From Kiritimatiellia bacterium (GTDB lineage: Bacteria; Verrucomicrobiota; Kiritimatiellia; RFP12; UBA1067), in NCBI GenBank assembly GCA_051884875.1, contig JBJEWD010000007.1:9538-73537 (forward strand): 64,000 nucleotides of DNA, read 5' to 3'. Under the pieces are notes generated by a model. That model saw nothing but the letters and a program-made list of their open reading frames with translations, did not search any database and had not been told where the DNA came from. The translations under genes were made by a program, and so were the position numbers. Shown in pieces: positions 37,168-47,620 of this stretch. Position 1 is the first letter of the stretch, and each line of letters starts with the position of its first letter.

Positions 37168-40100
37168 AGATATTCGTCTTCTTGAGGATTTCAATGGTGG
37201 AAAGTCTAACCTTCTCGTCGATCCGCCAGGAGAAGAACACCGGCGTATAGCCATGCTCCTGGACCCAGTCGTGCCAACCCGCGCTGCCGCCCGGCGACGC
37301 CAGCGAATACGGATCCGTGACTTCGATCAGGGAAGTGAACGGTTTATCCTCGTCCGGCCGGGCGAACGAATCTTCGTCGAACACGAACCAGCGCAGCGGA
37401 ATCCAGTTCCGCGAATTCTGGACGCTGGTAAGGCCGTTCGCCAGAATTCCCGTGATCTTGAACGTCTCGCTCGTCCAGGCCTGCTGCGTGGGCGACTGCG
37501 GGTTGTAGTCCCAGGAGGTCTCGCCAACGCCCATGCCCCGCAGGATGTACGGCGCCCAGGCCGTGCCCTCCGTACGGTTCGTGATCATCATGAACACGCG
37601 CATGCGCACGTTGGTCGTAAACTCGTCGTCATAGCCCTGCACCAGCACCGGTCCGGCCGGCTCGCTCATGCCGACCTTGAGCGCGAGATCCCCCGCCGTG
37701 GGATCCATATCGAGCCAGTACATCTCCGTCAGCGTCAGATTGGTGATGACGGTGCCGCTCAACGTCATGAGATCGGCCAGCCGGACCTCCTCGGCGTCGG
37801 GATTGGCCCATGCGGCGCCGTAGGCGTTCTGGCGCTTCGAGAGCCAGTCGAGGACGGCCGGGCGGTAGCGATTGTCGGCCGTCAGACCATTCGCGAGAAG
37901 GTTCTCGTTGACCTGCGCGGCGGCGACGACCGTCACGTTGTTCGAGGCGTTCGCCGCCACGTTCACCCGGAACGTACGCGCTTCGCCGGCGACCGGATGC
38001 GCCACGGCGGCCCTGCCGTTCGTCGTGACCGTCCCTATCGTGAACCACGGATCCACGCGATAGGTGATGTTCGTGCCCGCCGACAGACCCTTCCGGATGA
38101 CGAGAATGAGGTTGCCGTTCGTGTTGACCGCGTCCCCAACCGTCTGCGTGATGTGCCCGAACGCCGTGTCGAGGTTGCAGTAGACGTACATGCTCGACCC
38201 GTTCGGCGTCGGATGATCGGGATCGATGACCTGACCTTCGTTGATGCGGCCGGGCGTATGGACCATCGTATCGCTCCAGTCATTGGTCGTACCGCCGCGC
38301 GCCTGGAAGACGCCGCGGGAGAAATCCAGCCCGCCGTCGTCATCGCCCACGGCGAGGAAGTCCGACCCGGGCATCGCCGCGTTGAGCTCGTTGACGGTAT
38401 TCGACAGCGAATAGGACAGCGCCAGATCCTCGCCGAACTGCGAGAACCAGTCCATGCCCCGGCAGACGATCTCGTGCTCGACGATGCCGCTCCCGCGCAC
38501 CAACCGGAGGCCGAAGGGCGTCGTCGCGTCGATCTCGCCCGCCGTGCTCAGCTCATGGATCGGGTTGGGCACCTTCCAGACGGCGTCGAGCGTGCCATCC
38601 GCCACCTTCAGGTTGCCGCTCGTCATCGCCCCCTTGTTCGCCAGCACGCGGAAGACCATGTTCGACGCCATGCCGATGAGATTCGGCTTCGTGGGCGCGA
38701 GATCGCCGCTGTCGAAGATGCCGAGCGTGTTGGTGATGACGGTACCCCGGGAACCGGGCGTGACGAACTCCACGCGCCAACCTGCGATGTTCGCCTCGGC
38801 CGGCACCGCGACCTCGACGAACTGCAGATCGCGGTCGGAGTTGTCAAGATCCGAATCATCGTACTGGCCGAAGATGTTCACCTCGTTGATCCACGCCCAG
38901 TGCGGCGCCACCGTGTCAAGGATGGTGTAGGCCGAGAACCGGCCCTCCGGATCGGCGCGGTTGAGATCGACCGGACGATACCAGTCCGGCGTCTGCCAAT
39001 CTACGGCCGAAAGCGTGTTCGTGATCGGCTGCGCCATGCCGACCTGGTAGTAGACGACCTCCAGGGCGTACTGCACGACCTGCCCCGGCGCCGTAAACGG
39101 CGGAACGACCGTATCGGGCGCGGAGATGTAGCTCGACCGGTAGACGAGATTCGTGTCCGTCGCCCGCACCAGCATCGCCGATTTGCAGTTGCGGTTCGTC
39201 TTCCAGGTCTCGAAGCCCCACGGATAGTCGCCGGCGAACCAGTAGAGCCGCACCTGCGGATCGATCGAGAAATCGATTTCATCCGGCAGCTGCGCGGCGT
39301 AGACCTCGCACTGCACGCCCCACGATTCGTTGCAGAGCGGCTGTTCCTTCTCGCTCGGGACGTCGCGCACGAATGCGGTGTCGTTGAGGCTCGCCGGCGC
39401 GACGCCGCGGAAGGCGCCGACGTTGCGGAAGCCGACGCGCGGACGCACCGCCTCGCTGACGAAGATCTCGTCCAGGAGGACGCGCACGGGCGACGAATAG
39501 CCCTCCGGCACGACATCCCCGGCGCCCGTCACGCCCTCGACGCCGCGCACCGCCAGACGGAAGGCCTTCCACGACTGCCCCGGATCGGTCGTGTAGGAAT
39601 AGGTCGTGTAGGTGGCGTTGGAGATGATGAACGGATCGCCCAGCTGCGTCCAGGTGCCGTCGATCGCGCCCGTGCGCGAGCCGAACAGCACGACCGCCGC
39701 CGGCTGGGTGGTGGATAGGTCGTACCTGCGGGCGCGGAAGGTCACGCTGCCGACGTCATTCGAGACGAACACCGGGGTCGCCACGTACGGCAGATGCTGC
39801 CGCGCGGTCTCCCGATCTTCCGCCGGCACCCCGTCCGTCACGGAACTGTTGAGCGCCGCCGAAAGGCCGACGGCCGGCTCGGCTTCCGGCGAACCGAGGT
39901 TGTAGTCGGGCAGATACATGAACTTCTCGGAATCCGTCGCGTCGCCGACCGTGCGCAGGTTCCAGCCCGTCCAGCTGCGCGCATCGATGTTCGGCTCGTC
40001 GCGCATAGCGACGGAATCGATGAAGACCTCGCCGAACCGCGTACGATCCGTCACGCCCGACACGGCGGCGACCACCTCCGGATCGACCACCAGACGCGCC

Positions 40101-43100
40101 ACGCCGTCGACGCCGTGCAGGCCGAAATAGCAGCTGACGAGCCCCTGGCGGCGCGCCGTCTCCGACATCGCCGAGAAATCGATGTTCGTCACCGTCGTCC
40201 AGTAGCCGGGCGTATCCCATCGCGGCGTCTCGTAGGCGATCGTCGCCGCGCCCACCTGGTCGTTGGTCGCGATCTGCACCAGCAGCTTCGCATTGGCCTG
40301 TGCATTCCGATAGGCGAACGAGAGCACGCCAAGACCCGAACCGCGCCCGTACGACCCGTCCATCAGCGGCGTGCGGATCGAGCAGACGTGATCCGCGAGC
40401 GTCCGCTTCGCGCTCAGAAGCACCATGCCGTTCGTCGTCGTCCCCGTGACGATATTGGTCGTCCAGGCCGACGTGAAGAGGAAGTTCGTCTTGCCCCAGC
40501 TGTCGTAGTTCAGATTGTTCTCCCACTCGTCGCGCGGGATGATCGCGCTGGACAGGTTGTACGAATCGTCGCCGCGGAACTGGCGGACCTCAAGATCGTC
40601 GATCACGATGTCGACGCGCACGTCGGTCACGTCGCTGAGCGGGGCGATCTTGACCGAACAGTCCCGCGCCGAGAAGAAATCGACCGTATAGCTCGTGCCC
40701 GACTGGGTCGACGTGCCGAACGAGCTGACGGTGTTGGTTATCGCCCCCCGCGCACCCCAGTTGTCCTTGCCCGGATCGGACAGGGAAACGACCAGCTTCT
40801 GCGGCGCCGGCGTGCGCGCGCGGAGGCCCCATTTGAAGTCGTCCTGCACCGAAACCACGCCCGACCCGTTCGTCACCGTGGCATAGTAGCTCTGCATCCG
40901 GCCGGGCGTCACAACCCAGAGTCTCTCATACAGATCGTTCAGACAGAGCGTCCGCGTGGCGGTCGGGAAACTCAGCGTCTTGTCGCTCCAGTCCATCAAC
41001 TCGTTCTCCTTCAGGGTGCCGCCAAGGAAGCCGACGGGCTGAGACGCGAGGAATGGGGTCTGGAAGACGCCCGGGCAGTTCGCCGAAACGACGCCGTAGG
41101 TTCCGCAGGTTAAGCGGTCGGACTTCGTATCCTGGTAGCCGATGCTGTAGTAGGCGCCGTCGTTGTTGGAATAGCCGGAATTGTAGGCAAGGCCGGTGTC
41201 ATCGCGCCGGACGCCCGCCGTGAGGAAGGTGCTGGAGACGCCGTTCGAGACCGAGAAGTAGACCGGCCAGAAGTTCCCCGTCATGCCGGAGGTGTTGGGG
41301 ATGTCCTTCGCCGTGTATTCCATGGAGCCGAGCAGCGTCTTGGCGATCTTGCCCGTATCCGCGTCGATCACCCATTTGTACAGCGACAGCAGCTGGCTCT
41401 TGCGATCGATGCCCGTAACCGCTTTGGTCGTATCGTTGCGCTTTGCCTTGCGCTGTTCGATGCGGAACTCGTAGCAGCCGACGCCGGGAAGGTAGTACGC
41501 CACGAGCGAGAGCGAGGCGTTGCCGGAGAAATCGGTATTATTCTTCGTATCGTAGGCGACGCGGGCGGTAAGGGTATAGTCCTTCAGCGACAGCTTGTTT
41601 CCGCCGTCATAATAGCTGAAATCGCCAAAATCGATGAACTGGCCGATGCGGGCGGTGTAGCGAATCGACTCGATGCCGCGCGGGGCGTTGGCGGCGTCGA
41701 GGAACTGCATGAAGCCGCGCCCCTGCCCTTCCATCTGCAGGGCGATGTTCGGCCGGTCCGTGGCATCGTTCTGCGGATCGCGGTAGTTGCCGTAGATGTA
41801 CATGCCCTGCCCGGCCGTCCAACCGTTCGGCGTCGTGATCGACGCATAGGTCGTATAGAGATCGTAGCCGAGACTCGAGACGGCCGTCGCGGACGGAATG
41901 AACGACTCGCTCCAGTGGTCGGGATCCGTCGCGGGCATCGGCTGCCAGCGGTCGAAGCCCTGCGTGTAGGTCGTCTTGCGCGGCGATGTGCCCGTGAGGC
42001 CCGAATCATCCGTCGAACTGCTCTTGAACGTGCCGTCGGTGGTGTGCGCGTCCGTCCACTCCCGGAAGTTCTGATAGTCGGCGTGGACGATGGTGATCGA
42101 ATGGGTCGTGTCGTCGACCTGGAAGAGGAGATAGCCCGTCGCCGCATCGATCGGCAGATCGGCCCAGCTCGTCTCGTCGCCGTTCGTCTTGAGCGTGCCG
42201 CTCACGGGCAGCGTCGCCGACGAATCGCCGTTGAACCAGTACGCGACGTTCTCCGCGAAATTGGTGCTGCCCGGCACCTGGAGGTTGTGCGCCTCGATGC
42301 GATACGCGGCCATGCCCGTCGCGTTGGTCGGCGTCTTGAGATAGCCGCGCCAGATATGGTTGCCTACGAGTTCCATGGCGATGCGGTTGGTGACCGAACC
42401 GAACACGGGGCCGCTCAGGACCACATCCAGCCCCTCGTAGTCGCTCTGACCCTCGCGAAGCCGCACGAACCAGTCCGTGCCGCAGCTCGCGAGCGCCCCC
42501 TCGGCGGAATCCCGGCGATTGGTGACCGCGCTGATTTCCTCGGAATGGAAATCGCCCATGCGGAAGCCGTCGACCGCCGCGTAATCGACGTACTTGTAGT
42601 AGGGCGCATTGATCTTGAGATCGTACCAGAACTCGACGTCGCCCGGCAGCACCTCGCCTGCGGCGTTGCGGATACCGAGCGCGTCCGGCGCGGTCAGACT
42701 GTCGGGATCCAGAGCCACCGCCGCCCACACATTCACCTGCTGGTTGAGGTAGCGCCAGCGGTAGTGGAAATTCGCCGCCGTGATAAAGGCCGCGGGATTG
42801 GCGTTGGTATCGCCGGGATTGGTGTAGAACGTCGCCTGCGCCCGCGGGTTCAGCGTATCGCCCAGCGCGGGGAACGGCACGTTCCAGGCGTTTTCATAGC
42901 CCAGCGTCTGTTTGTCCGATTTACGCGCATCATACCAGCCGAACGACGACAGATCCGCCCGCATCGCCGGATATGAGACGACGAGGTTGTCAAGCAGGAT
43001 GAAGCCGCCCCCATCCGGCGCGAAAGACGTACCTGCCGGGACTGACGTGCGGCGAATTCGGAAACGAACCGGCTCATGGCGCTCCAAAGGCACGACGACA

Positions 43101-46100
43101 CGGTAGAAGCTGTCGACGGAATTGCCGCCGTTGGTGATGCCGAGCGCCAGTTCCGCAGTGGCCGGTTGCGCGACGAATCCACTCCCCGCGACCGCATCGC
43201 GGAGCAACGGTCGCATCTCCACCGGCGACCATGCCGCCTCATCGACGACGTCGGCGAGCGCATCCGCGCCCGTCACCACCTCGACCTTCAGGTTGTAGCC
43301 CGTGCCGGCCGCCGTCGTCCAACCGTTGACCGCATCGAAATACAGTGTGCCGATACCGTTCGTGTAGCACGGCGAGAGAATGGCCGCATTCTCCACATTG
43401 CGCATGACCAGATGCCTGGCGTCACTGAGCTGCGTCGCCGAGGTCGTGCTAAAGGGCAGCAGATTGCGTCTCGCCATTTCGCTTTCAGACCACTTGGTCG
43501 AGTGCGTCGTACCGATGAAAACATCGGAAAGCCGCCAGATATTGGTCGCCCCGCACAACTCGTCGACGGGCGCCCCCGCCACGAGCACATGTTCGGAACC
43601 TGCGAGAAGATTCTCGAAATACGATGGGGGATTGTCGCCCGTATGCTCCCAGTAGATCGCAGGGCTGCTCACCGCCGTCTGGTAGTAGTCCTGATCGCGG
43701 ATGGGCGCCACGGTACCCGGCTCGTTGTTCGCCAGCAGCACGCGGCCCGACAGCGTGGCGCTGCCCGCCGTACCGGCGAGATCCGTGCGCGGGCTGTGCG
43801 CCGTCACGTTGACCGGAATCGGATCCGTCGCCAGATCGGTCCAGCCCCACGTGCCGTCCGGCCGCATCGTGCCGGCGTCGGCACGGAAGACGAGCGTATA
43901 GGCACCCGCCACCGACGGGAAGTCGTTCGTCCAGGCCTGGCCGCCGACGGCGGTGATGACGAAATACGATTCGCCGTAGGCGGGCTTGCCGAGATTCATC
44001 GCCGGCTCCTCGCCCGTTCCCCAGTCCATCGCGCCCGCCGCCGGCTCGACGAGCCAGCGGTTCTGGAAGATGGCGTAAGGGGTCAGGTAAACGGGGCCTC
44101 CCGAGGCGGACGCGTTCGCCAGATGGCTCACCGTCCAGTCGGCCATCACATAGCCCGTCCCCTTCCAGTAACCCGCCGGCACATTACCATAAACACCCGC
44201 AAACTGGGCCTGCACCGATGTGCGTGCCGTAGACAGAGTGCCCGTGCCAACCGAGATGCCATCGATGAACAACTCAATCGCCGTGCCGTTCACATCAAGG
44301 CGATAACGATGGAAGGCCGTCACCAGATCCGCAACCGTCGTCTGAATCGCGACCGAGACAACCGGACCTGCGTTGTTTTCGGGCCAGTCGATCACGCGGA
44401 CGGACCCGCTTGGATTCGCGGCAAGCGCCAAACCGCCGCCCGCATAGCTGCCCAACGACCAGACTATATTATGCTCGTCACCGTGCGACGTCGGATCCAT
44501 CTTCGCCACACAGGCAACCGAGTAGGCGGCTGGCACCGTCAAGGCGGTACGGCTATATCCCGACCAACCTGTCATCGCCTGATCGTCCGCCGTAAAGCCC
44601 GTCTCCGTATACGTGGCCGTGCCCTCGTCCGCCAGTTGCTTCGGATCGCCCGAACCCGTGTTGGTCAGGTTGCCGTCAAATGCGAAATGGTAGATCAACT
44701 CGTCATCCGTCAACGCGGGCGCGGCGGGAGGCTCGATCGGCGTGCCGTCCGCCGCACAGACCTGTCCCCAGTACATTGTGAGCGTTGCGCCGGCGGTGTT
44801 GTCCGGAACCTCGACATAAAACCATGAGCAACCGTCCTTATTCCAGCCTCCGAGCTTCATTGGCAAAATGGTGCCCGTTGCATCGGTGAAGCGCACGTCG
44901 CTGCCATCGGCCTTGGCCTGGTCGTAGCGGAAGCCCTTCACCAACGCCTCCGAGACCTCGACGATGACCACGTTGCCGTCACCTCCCGCCAACGTGAAAT
45001 CCGTACTCCAACCAAGCCCCTCCACCGACGCCACGCGTCCGTTCCACAGGGTGAACGTCGTGGTCGGCATCTCGTCTGGCGCATCAAAGTCGGCCGTACC
45101 CTCGAACGTCGCCTTGATCTCATACTCACCTGCCGTCGCCGGCTTCTCGTCCGCCCAGTTCGCCCACGTGGTTCCCGAAACCGCACGCCACGTGTACGTC
45201 ACGTTCGCGAGCGTCACCGGATTACCGTTCACGTCCACGACGACGAGCACGGGTTCGTTGTTCTTTTCGTTGACCTGCCAGCCCTCCAGCGTAAAGCTCC
45301 GCACGGACAGCTGCGCCTTGTTGATCACGAGCGTGACCGTCTGCGGATCGCTGGTTCCATCCGACCAGACGTAGCCCTCCGCCGGCGCGACGGTGAAGGT
45401 ATGCGTCCCCGCAGCCGTTGCCGCCACCTTGTCGACGACCGTCCCCTCCTTCGTGATGACGACCTTCTCGCTGCCCTCGTAGACGACGATCTCTTCGCCC
45501 GACCAGCCGACCTCCGTATAAACAGGCGGCTTCACGGGCATCATTTTACGGATACGAATGATGACAATACCCGAGCCACCAGCACCACCAAACTGGCTAT
45601 AGCGACAGCCGCCGCCGCCGCCCGAACCCGTGCCCGACCGACCAGCCGTGGCCGGAATCGGACCTGTGGAAGGTCCGCCACCGCCACTACCGCCGACACC
45701 ATTGGAACCGCCGTCGCCGCCCGTTCCCGAATGAGAACCTCCGCCACCGCCCGCTGCATATATCGTCCGTTCGCCGGAAATCTCGCTTTCCTTACCAGGG
45801 CCGCCCGATGCGCCTACATTGTTGTTCGCCGTATCGGCACCCACGCCGCCGGCGCCGCCGCCGCCAGCACCAGAACGACGAGTGTTCACCTGTCCGGTCG
45901 ATGTTCCCTGATGATAGCTCTGGCCACCCGCAAAACCCTGACCATCCGTCGCCTCACCACCCTTCGCCGTCGTGCCAGCCGTACCGGTATTGGAAGCACC
46001 ACCGCCAGAACCACCGTCACAACCCGCAGACTTGAATCCGCCGCCGCCGCCGCCCACGGCATTCGTCACAACTACGCCCGCACAACTCACCACCGTATCC

Positions 46101-47416
46101 TGACCGTTCCCGCCATTACCCTGCCCAGACGGCGACAATCCGCCCGCACCGACGGTCAAGGCATACACGCCGCCCTGAAGCAGCATGGACTTATTTTCGA
46201 CAAAACCACCGGCACCGCCGCCGCCGGCACCGCCAACGGTTGCTCCCGCCGCGCCCGGATTCGCGCCCGCGCCGCCGCCGCCGACCGCGAGTACCCAGGC
46301 CTTCACGACACCGGGAAGGGTCAATTCGCTGAGCCCATAGGGATCCGTATACTTGAGCACCAGCTCACCGTCAACCCAATTGGTTGCGGCGCCATAGGCG
46401 ACAATCTCGCCACTTTCCATGGGAATGTAAATCGGTACGGGCACCGTATAGCGCACGATGACGGTGCCACTGCCGCCCGCGCCGCCATAGGAGGTGCCGC
46501 CACCACCCGCCGCGCCGCCGCCGCCGGAGCCCGTGCCGTCTTGCCCCGCACCGCCAGTCTGGCCCGTGCCGCCGGACGTACCCGCGCCACCGACCGAGGA
46601 TCCGCCCGCGTTGCCAGCACCGCCAATGCCGGCGCCGCCTCCACCGCCCGCATAAAAGCGGGACTCGCCCGAAATGTCGAATTCAAGGCCCGCGCCGCCC
46701 GCGCCGCCGGTTTGGCCCGAAGCCGCCATACCGGCGCCGCCCGCGCCGCCGCCGCCGCCGCCGACGTTATTGCTCGCGCCCGCACCGCCCGCGTTGCCAT
46801 AGCCGCCCGAATTGGAATCCGGCTGGGTGGCCGCACCGACCGCCGCACTGCCCGACGCCCCGCCGCCCGAACCGCCGGCGGTGCCCGCCTGATTCTGCCA
46901 GAGGCCGCCCACACCGCCGCCAAGGGCCGTGTAAGTCGTGCCCCCAAAGGCGAAAGTCGTATTTGAACCGCTATTGCCGTACCCATTGCCGGTCGACTTC
47001 GCACCGCCCGCACCAACCGTGACATCATAATCGCCCGCCTCGGGATCCAGACCTTCGCAATACACCAGACCGCCCGCGCCGCCACCGCCGCCGCAGTTGC
47101 CCGAACCCGCGCCGCCGCCGCCGACAATCAGAAACTGCAGCGAACCTTCGAGAATCTTGTTGTCGTCAGGAATCGAGAACACGGCGCTCGCCGCCGTGTT
47201 GGTGAATATGTGAATGACGTCACAGGTACCATCGCCATTGTCAACGCGGCGAATCTCGTCACCCCCCTGACCACCCGGAAGCCGCGCCGCCGCCGCCGCA
47301 TCAATAACCACGTAATCTGCGCGCGCCGACCGAGACGGCAGGGAAACAACCGCCAAAGCGACCGCGGCAAAACCAACGGTCGACAATGCCTTCTTCATGG
47401 CGTGTCGCAGTTTCAT
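37160..47416 (-). CDS. giant secreted protein B (about 3,418 aa): two tandem glycine-rich domains, DUF2341-like, LamG, long unassigned beta-rich body, lamin-tail (LTD)-like domain
   Basis: The track ORF starts at the TTG at 47425. The first ATG is at 47416 (MKLRHAMKKALSTVGFAAVALAVVSL), so the start is uncertain by a few codons. Gly-rich modules (LIVGGGGAGSGNCGGGGGAGG..VTVGAGG..GGSGTVIVRY and VLAVGGGGAG..LTVGAGG..GGSGIVIIRI) span about nt 45540-47140. ADGSDVRFTDATGTILPMKLGGWNKDGCSWFYVEVPDNTAGATLTMYWG lies at about 44760-44945. WINEVNIFGQ..LQFVEVAVPAEANIAGWRVEF lies at about 38770-38905. Confidence 0.9.
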   Translation of the reverse strand: MKLRHAMKKALSTVGFAAVALAVVSLPSRSARADYVVIDAAAAARLPGGQGGDEIRRVDNGDGTCDVIHIFTNTAASAVFSIPDDNKILEGSLQFLIVGGGGAGSGNCGGGGGAGGLVYCEGLDPEAGDYDVTVGAGGAKSTGNGYGNSGSNTTFAFGGTTYTALGGGVGGLWQNQAGTAGGSGGGASGSAAVGAATQPDSNSGGYGNAGGAGASNNVGGGGGGAGGAGMAASGQTGGAGGAGLEFDISGESRFYAGGGGGAGIGGAGNAGGSSVGGAGTSGGTGQTGGAGQDGTGSGGGGAAGGGGTSYGGAGGSGTVIVRYTVPVPIYIPMESGEIVAYGAATNWVDGELVLKYTDPYGLSELTLPGVVKAWVLAVGGGGAGANPGAAGATVGGAGGGGAGGFVENKSMLLQGGVYALTVGAGGLSPSGQGNGGNGQDTVVSCAGVVVTNAVGGGGGGFKSAGCDGGSGGGASNTGTAGTTAKGGEATDGQGFAGGQSYHQGTSTGQVNTRRSGAGGGGAGGVGADTANNNVGASGGPGKESEISGERTIYAAGGGGGSHSGTGGDGGSNGVGGSGGGGPSTGPIPATAGRSGTGSGGGGGCRYSQFGGAGGSGIVIIRIRKMMPVKPPVYTEVGWSGEEIVVYEGSEKVVITKEGTVVDKVAATAAGTHTFTVAPAEGYVWSDGTSDPQTVTLVINKAQLSVRSFTLEGWQVNEKNNEPVLVVVDVNGNPVTLANVTYTWRAVSGTTWANWADEKPATAGEYEIKATFEGTADFDAPDEMPTTTFTLWNGRVASVEGLGWSTDFTLAGGDGNVVIVEVSEALVKGFRYDQAKADGSDVRFTDATGTILPMKLGGWNKDGCSWFYVEVPDNTAGATLTMYWGQVCAADGTPIEPPAAPALTDDELIYHFAFDGNLTNTGSGDPKQLADEGTATYTETGFTADDQAMTGWSGYSRTALTVPAAYSVACVAKMDPTSHGDEHNIVWSLGSYAGGGLALAANPSGSVRVIDWPENNAGPVVSVAIQTTVADLVTAFHRYRLDVNGTAIELFIDGISVGTGTLSTARTSVQAQFAGVYGNVPAGYWKGTGYVMADWTVSHLANASASGGPVYLTPYAIFQNRWLVEPAAGAMDWGTGEEPAMNLGKPAYGESYFVITAVGGQAWTNDFPSVAGAYTLVFRADAGTMRPDGTWGWTDLATDPIPVNVTAHSPRTDLAGTAGSATLSGRVLLANNEPGTVAPIRDQDYYQTAVSSPAIYWEHTGDNPPSYFENLLAGSEHVLVAGAPVDELCGATNIWRLSDVFIGTTHSTKWSESEMARRNLLPFSTTSATQLSDARHLVMRNVENAAILSPCYTNGIGTLYFDAVNGWTTAAGTGYNLKVEVVTGADALADVVDEAAWSPVEMRPLLRDAVAGSGFVAQPATAELALGITNGGNSVDSFYRVVVPLERHEPVRFRIRRTSVPAGTSFAPDGGGFILLDNLVVSYPAMRADLSSFGWYDARKSDKQTLGYENAWNVPFPALGDTLNPRAQATFYTNPGDTNANPAAFITAANFHYRWRYLNQQVNVWAAVALDPDSLTAPDALGIRNAAGEVLPGDVEFWYDLKINAPYYKYVDYAAVDGFRMGDFHSEEISAVTNRRDSAEGALASCGTDWFVRLREGQSDYEGLDVVLSGPVFGSVTNRIAMELVGNHIWRGYLKTPTNATGMAAYRIEAHNLQVPGSTNFAENVAYWFNGDSSATLPVSGTLKTNGDETSWADLPIDAATGYLLFQVDDTTHSITIVHADYQNFREWTDAHTTDGTFKSSSTDDSGLTGTSPRKTTYTQGFDRWQPMPATDPDHWSESFIPSATAVSSLGYDLYTTYASITTPNGWTAGQGMYIYGNYRDPQNDATDRPNIALQMEGQGRGFMQFLDAANAPRGIESIRYTARIGQFIDFGDFSYYDGGNKLSLKDYTLTARVAYDTKNNTDFSGNASLSLVAYYLPGVGCYEFRIEQRKAKRNDTTKAVTGIDRKSQLLSLYKWVIDADTGKIAKTLLGSMEYTAKDIPNTSGMTGNFWPVYFSVSNGVSSTFLTAGVRRDDTGLAYNSGYSNNDGAYYSIGYQDTKSDRLTCGTYGVVSANCPGVFQTPFLASQPVGFLGGTLKENELMDWSDKTLSFPTATRTLCLNDLYERLWVVTPGRMQSYYATVTNGSGVVSVQDDFKWGLRARTPAPQKLVVSLSDPGKDNWGARGAITNTVSSFGTSTQSGTSYTVDFFSARDCSVKIAPLSDVTDVRVDIVIDDLEVRQFRGDDSYNLSSAIIPRDEWENNLNYDSWGKTNFLFTSAWTTNIVTGTTTNGMVLLSAKRTLADHVCSIRTPLMDGSYGRGSGLGVLSFAYRNAQANAKLLVQIATNDQVGAATIAYETPRWDTPGYWTTVTNIDFSAMSETARRQGLVSCYFGLHGVDGVARLVVDPEVVAAVSGVTDRTRFGEVFIDSVAMRDEPNIDARSWTGWNLRTVGDATDSEKFMYLPDYNLGSPEAEPAVGLSAALNSSVTDGVPAEDRETARQHLPYVATPVFVSNDVGSVTFRARRYDLSTTQPAAVVLFGSRTGAIDGTWTQLGDPFIISNATYTTYSYTTDPGQSWKAFRLAVRGVEGVTGAGDVVPEGYSSPVRVLLDEIFVSEAVRPRVGFRNVGAFRGVAPASLNDTAFVRDVPSEKEQPLCNESWGVQCEVYAAQLPDEIDFSIDPQVRLYWFAGDYPWGFETWKTNRNCKSAMLVRATDTNLVYRSSYISAPDTVVPPFTAPGQVVQYALEVVYYQVGMAQPITNTLSAVDWQTPDWYRPVDLNRADPEGRFSAYTILDTVAPHWAWINEVNIFGQYDDSDLDNSDRDLQFVEVAVPAEANIAGWRVEFVTPGSRGTVITNTLGIFDSGDLAPTKPNLIGMASNMVFRVLANKGAMTSGNLKVADGTLDAVWKVPNPIHELSTAGEIDATTPFGLRLVRGSGIVEHEIVCRGMDWFSQFGEDLALSYSLSNTVNELNAAMPGSDFLAVGDDDGGLDFSRGVFQARGGTTNDWSDTMVHTPGRINEGQVIDPDHPTPNGSSMYVYCNLDTAFGHITQTVGDAVNTNGNLILVIRKGLSAGTNITYRVDPWFTIGTVTTNGRAAVAHPVAGEARTFRVNVAANASNNVTVVAAAQVNENLLANGLTADNRYRPAVLDWLSKRQNAYGAAWANPDAEEVRLADLMTLSGTVITNLTLTEMYWLDMDPTAGDLALKVGMSEPAGPVLVQGYDDEFTTNVRMRVFMMITNRTEGTAWAPYILRGMGVGETSWDYNPQSPTQQAWTSETFKITGILANGLTSVQNSRNWIPLRWFVFDEDSFARPDEDKPFTSLIEVTDPYSLASPGGSAGWHDWVQEHGYTPVFFSWRIDEKVRLSTIEILKKTNIYE

Positions 47417-47498
47417 TCTGTTCAAGTATACTTGTTCTAGCTAGTCGTGCCCTCAAGTCCAGCGCTCAGGCGTCCCCGAACGACTATAGGGCATTGGA

Positions 47499-47507
47499 AT
47501 TATAGCA
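47499..47507 (-). promoter_or_regulatory. extended -10 promoter (TGCTATAAT) for the giant-gene operon
   Basis: The minus strand reads TTTTGTGCTATAATTCCAATG. It lies about 83 nt upstream of the ATG at 47416. Confidence 0.45.
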
Positions 47508-47620
47508 CAAAAGTGGAAGGGAAGTAAACCTGCCATTTTCTGACGGACGCAATTCGTCGGCCCAGTCCAGTTGAATCAACAGGCGGGGGTCGTGCGGGGC
47601 CTATCCCCGCGATTTAGAAA

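Noticed and set aside
45540-47140. GGC/GCC-rich simple-sequence-like DNA considered as a non-coding repeat or hypervariable tract
   Set aside because: It translates in frame with giant gene B into two copies of an organised glycine-rich domain with conserved non-Gly anchors (LIVGGGG.., VTVGAGG, GGSG.VI.R.). It is not a homopolymeric repeat.
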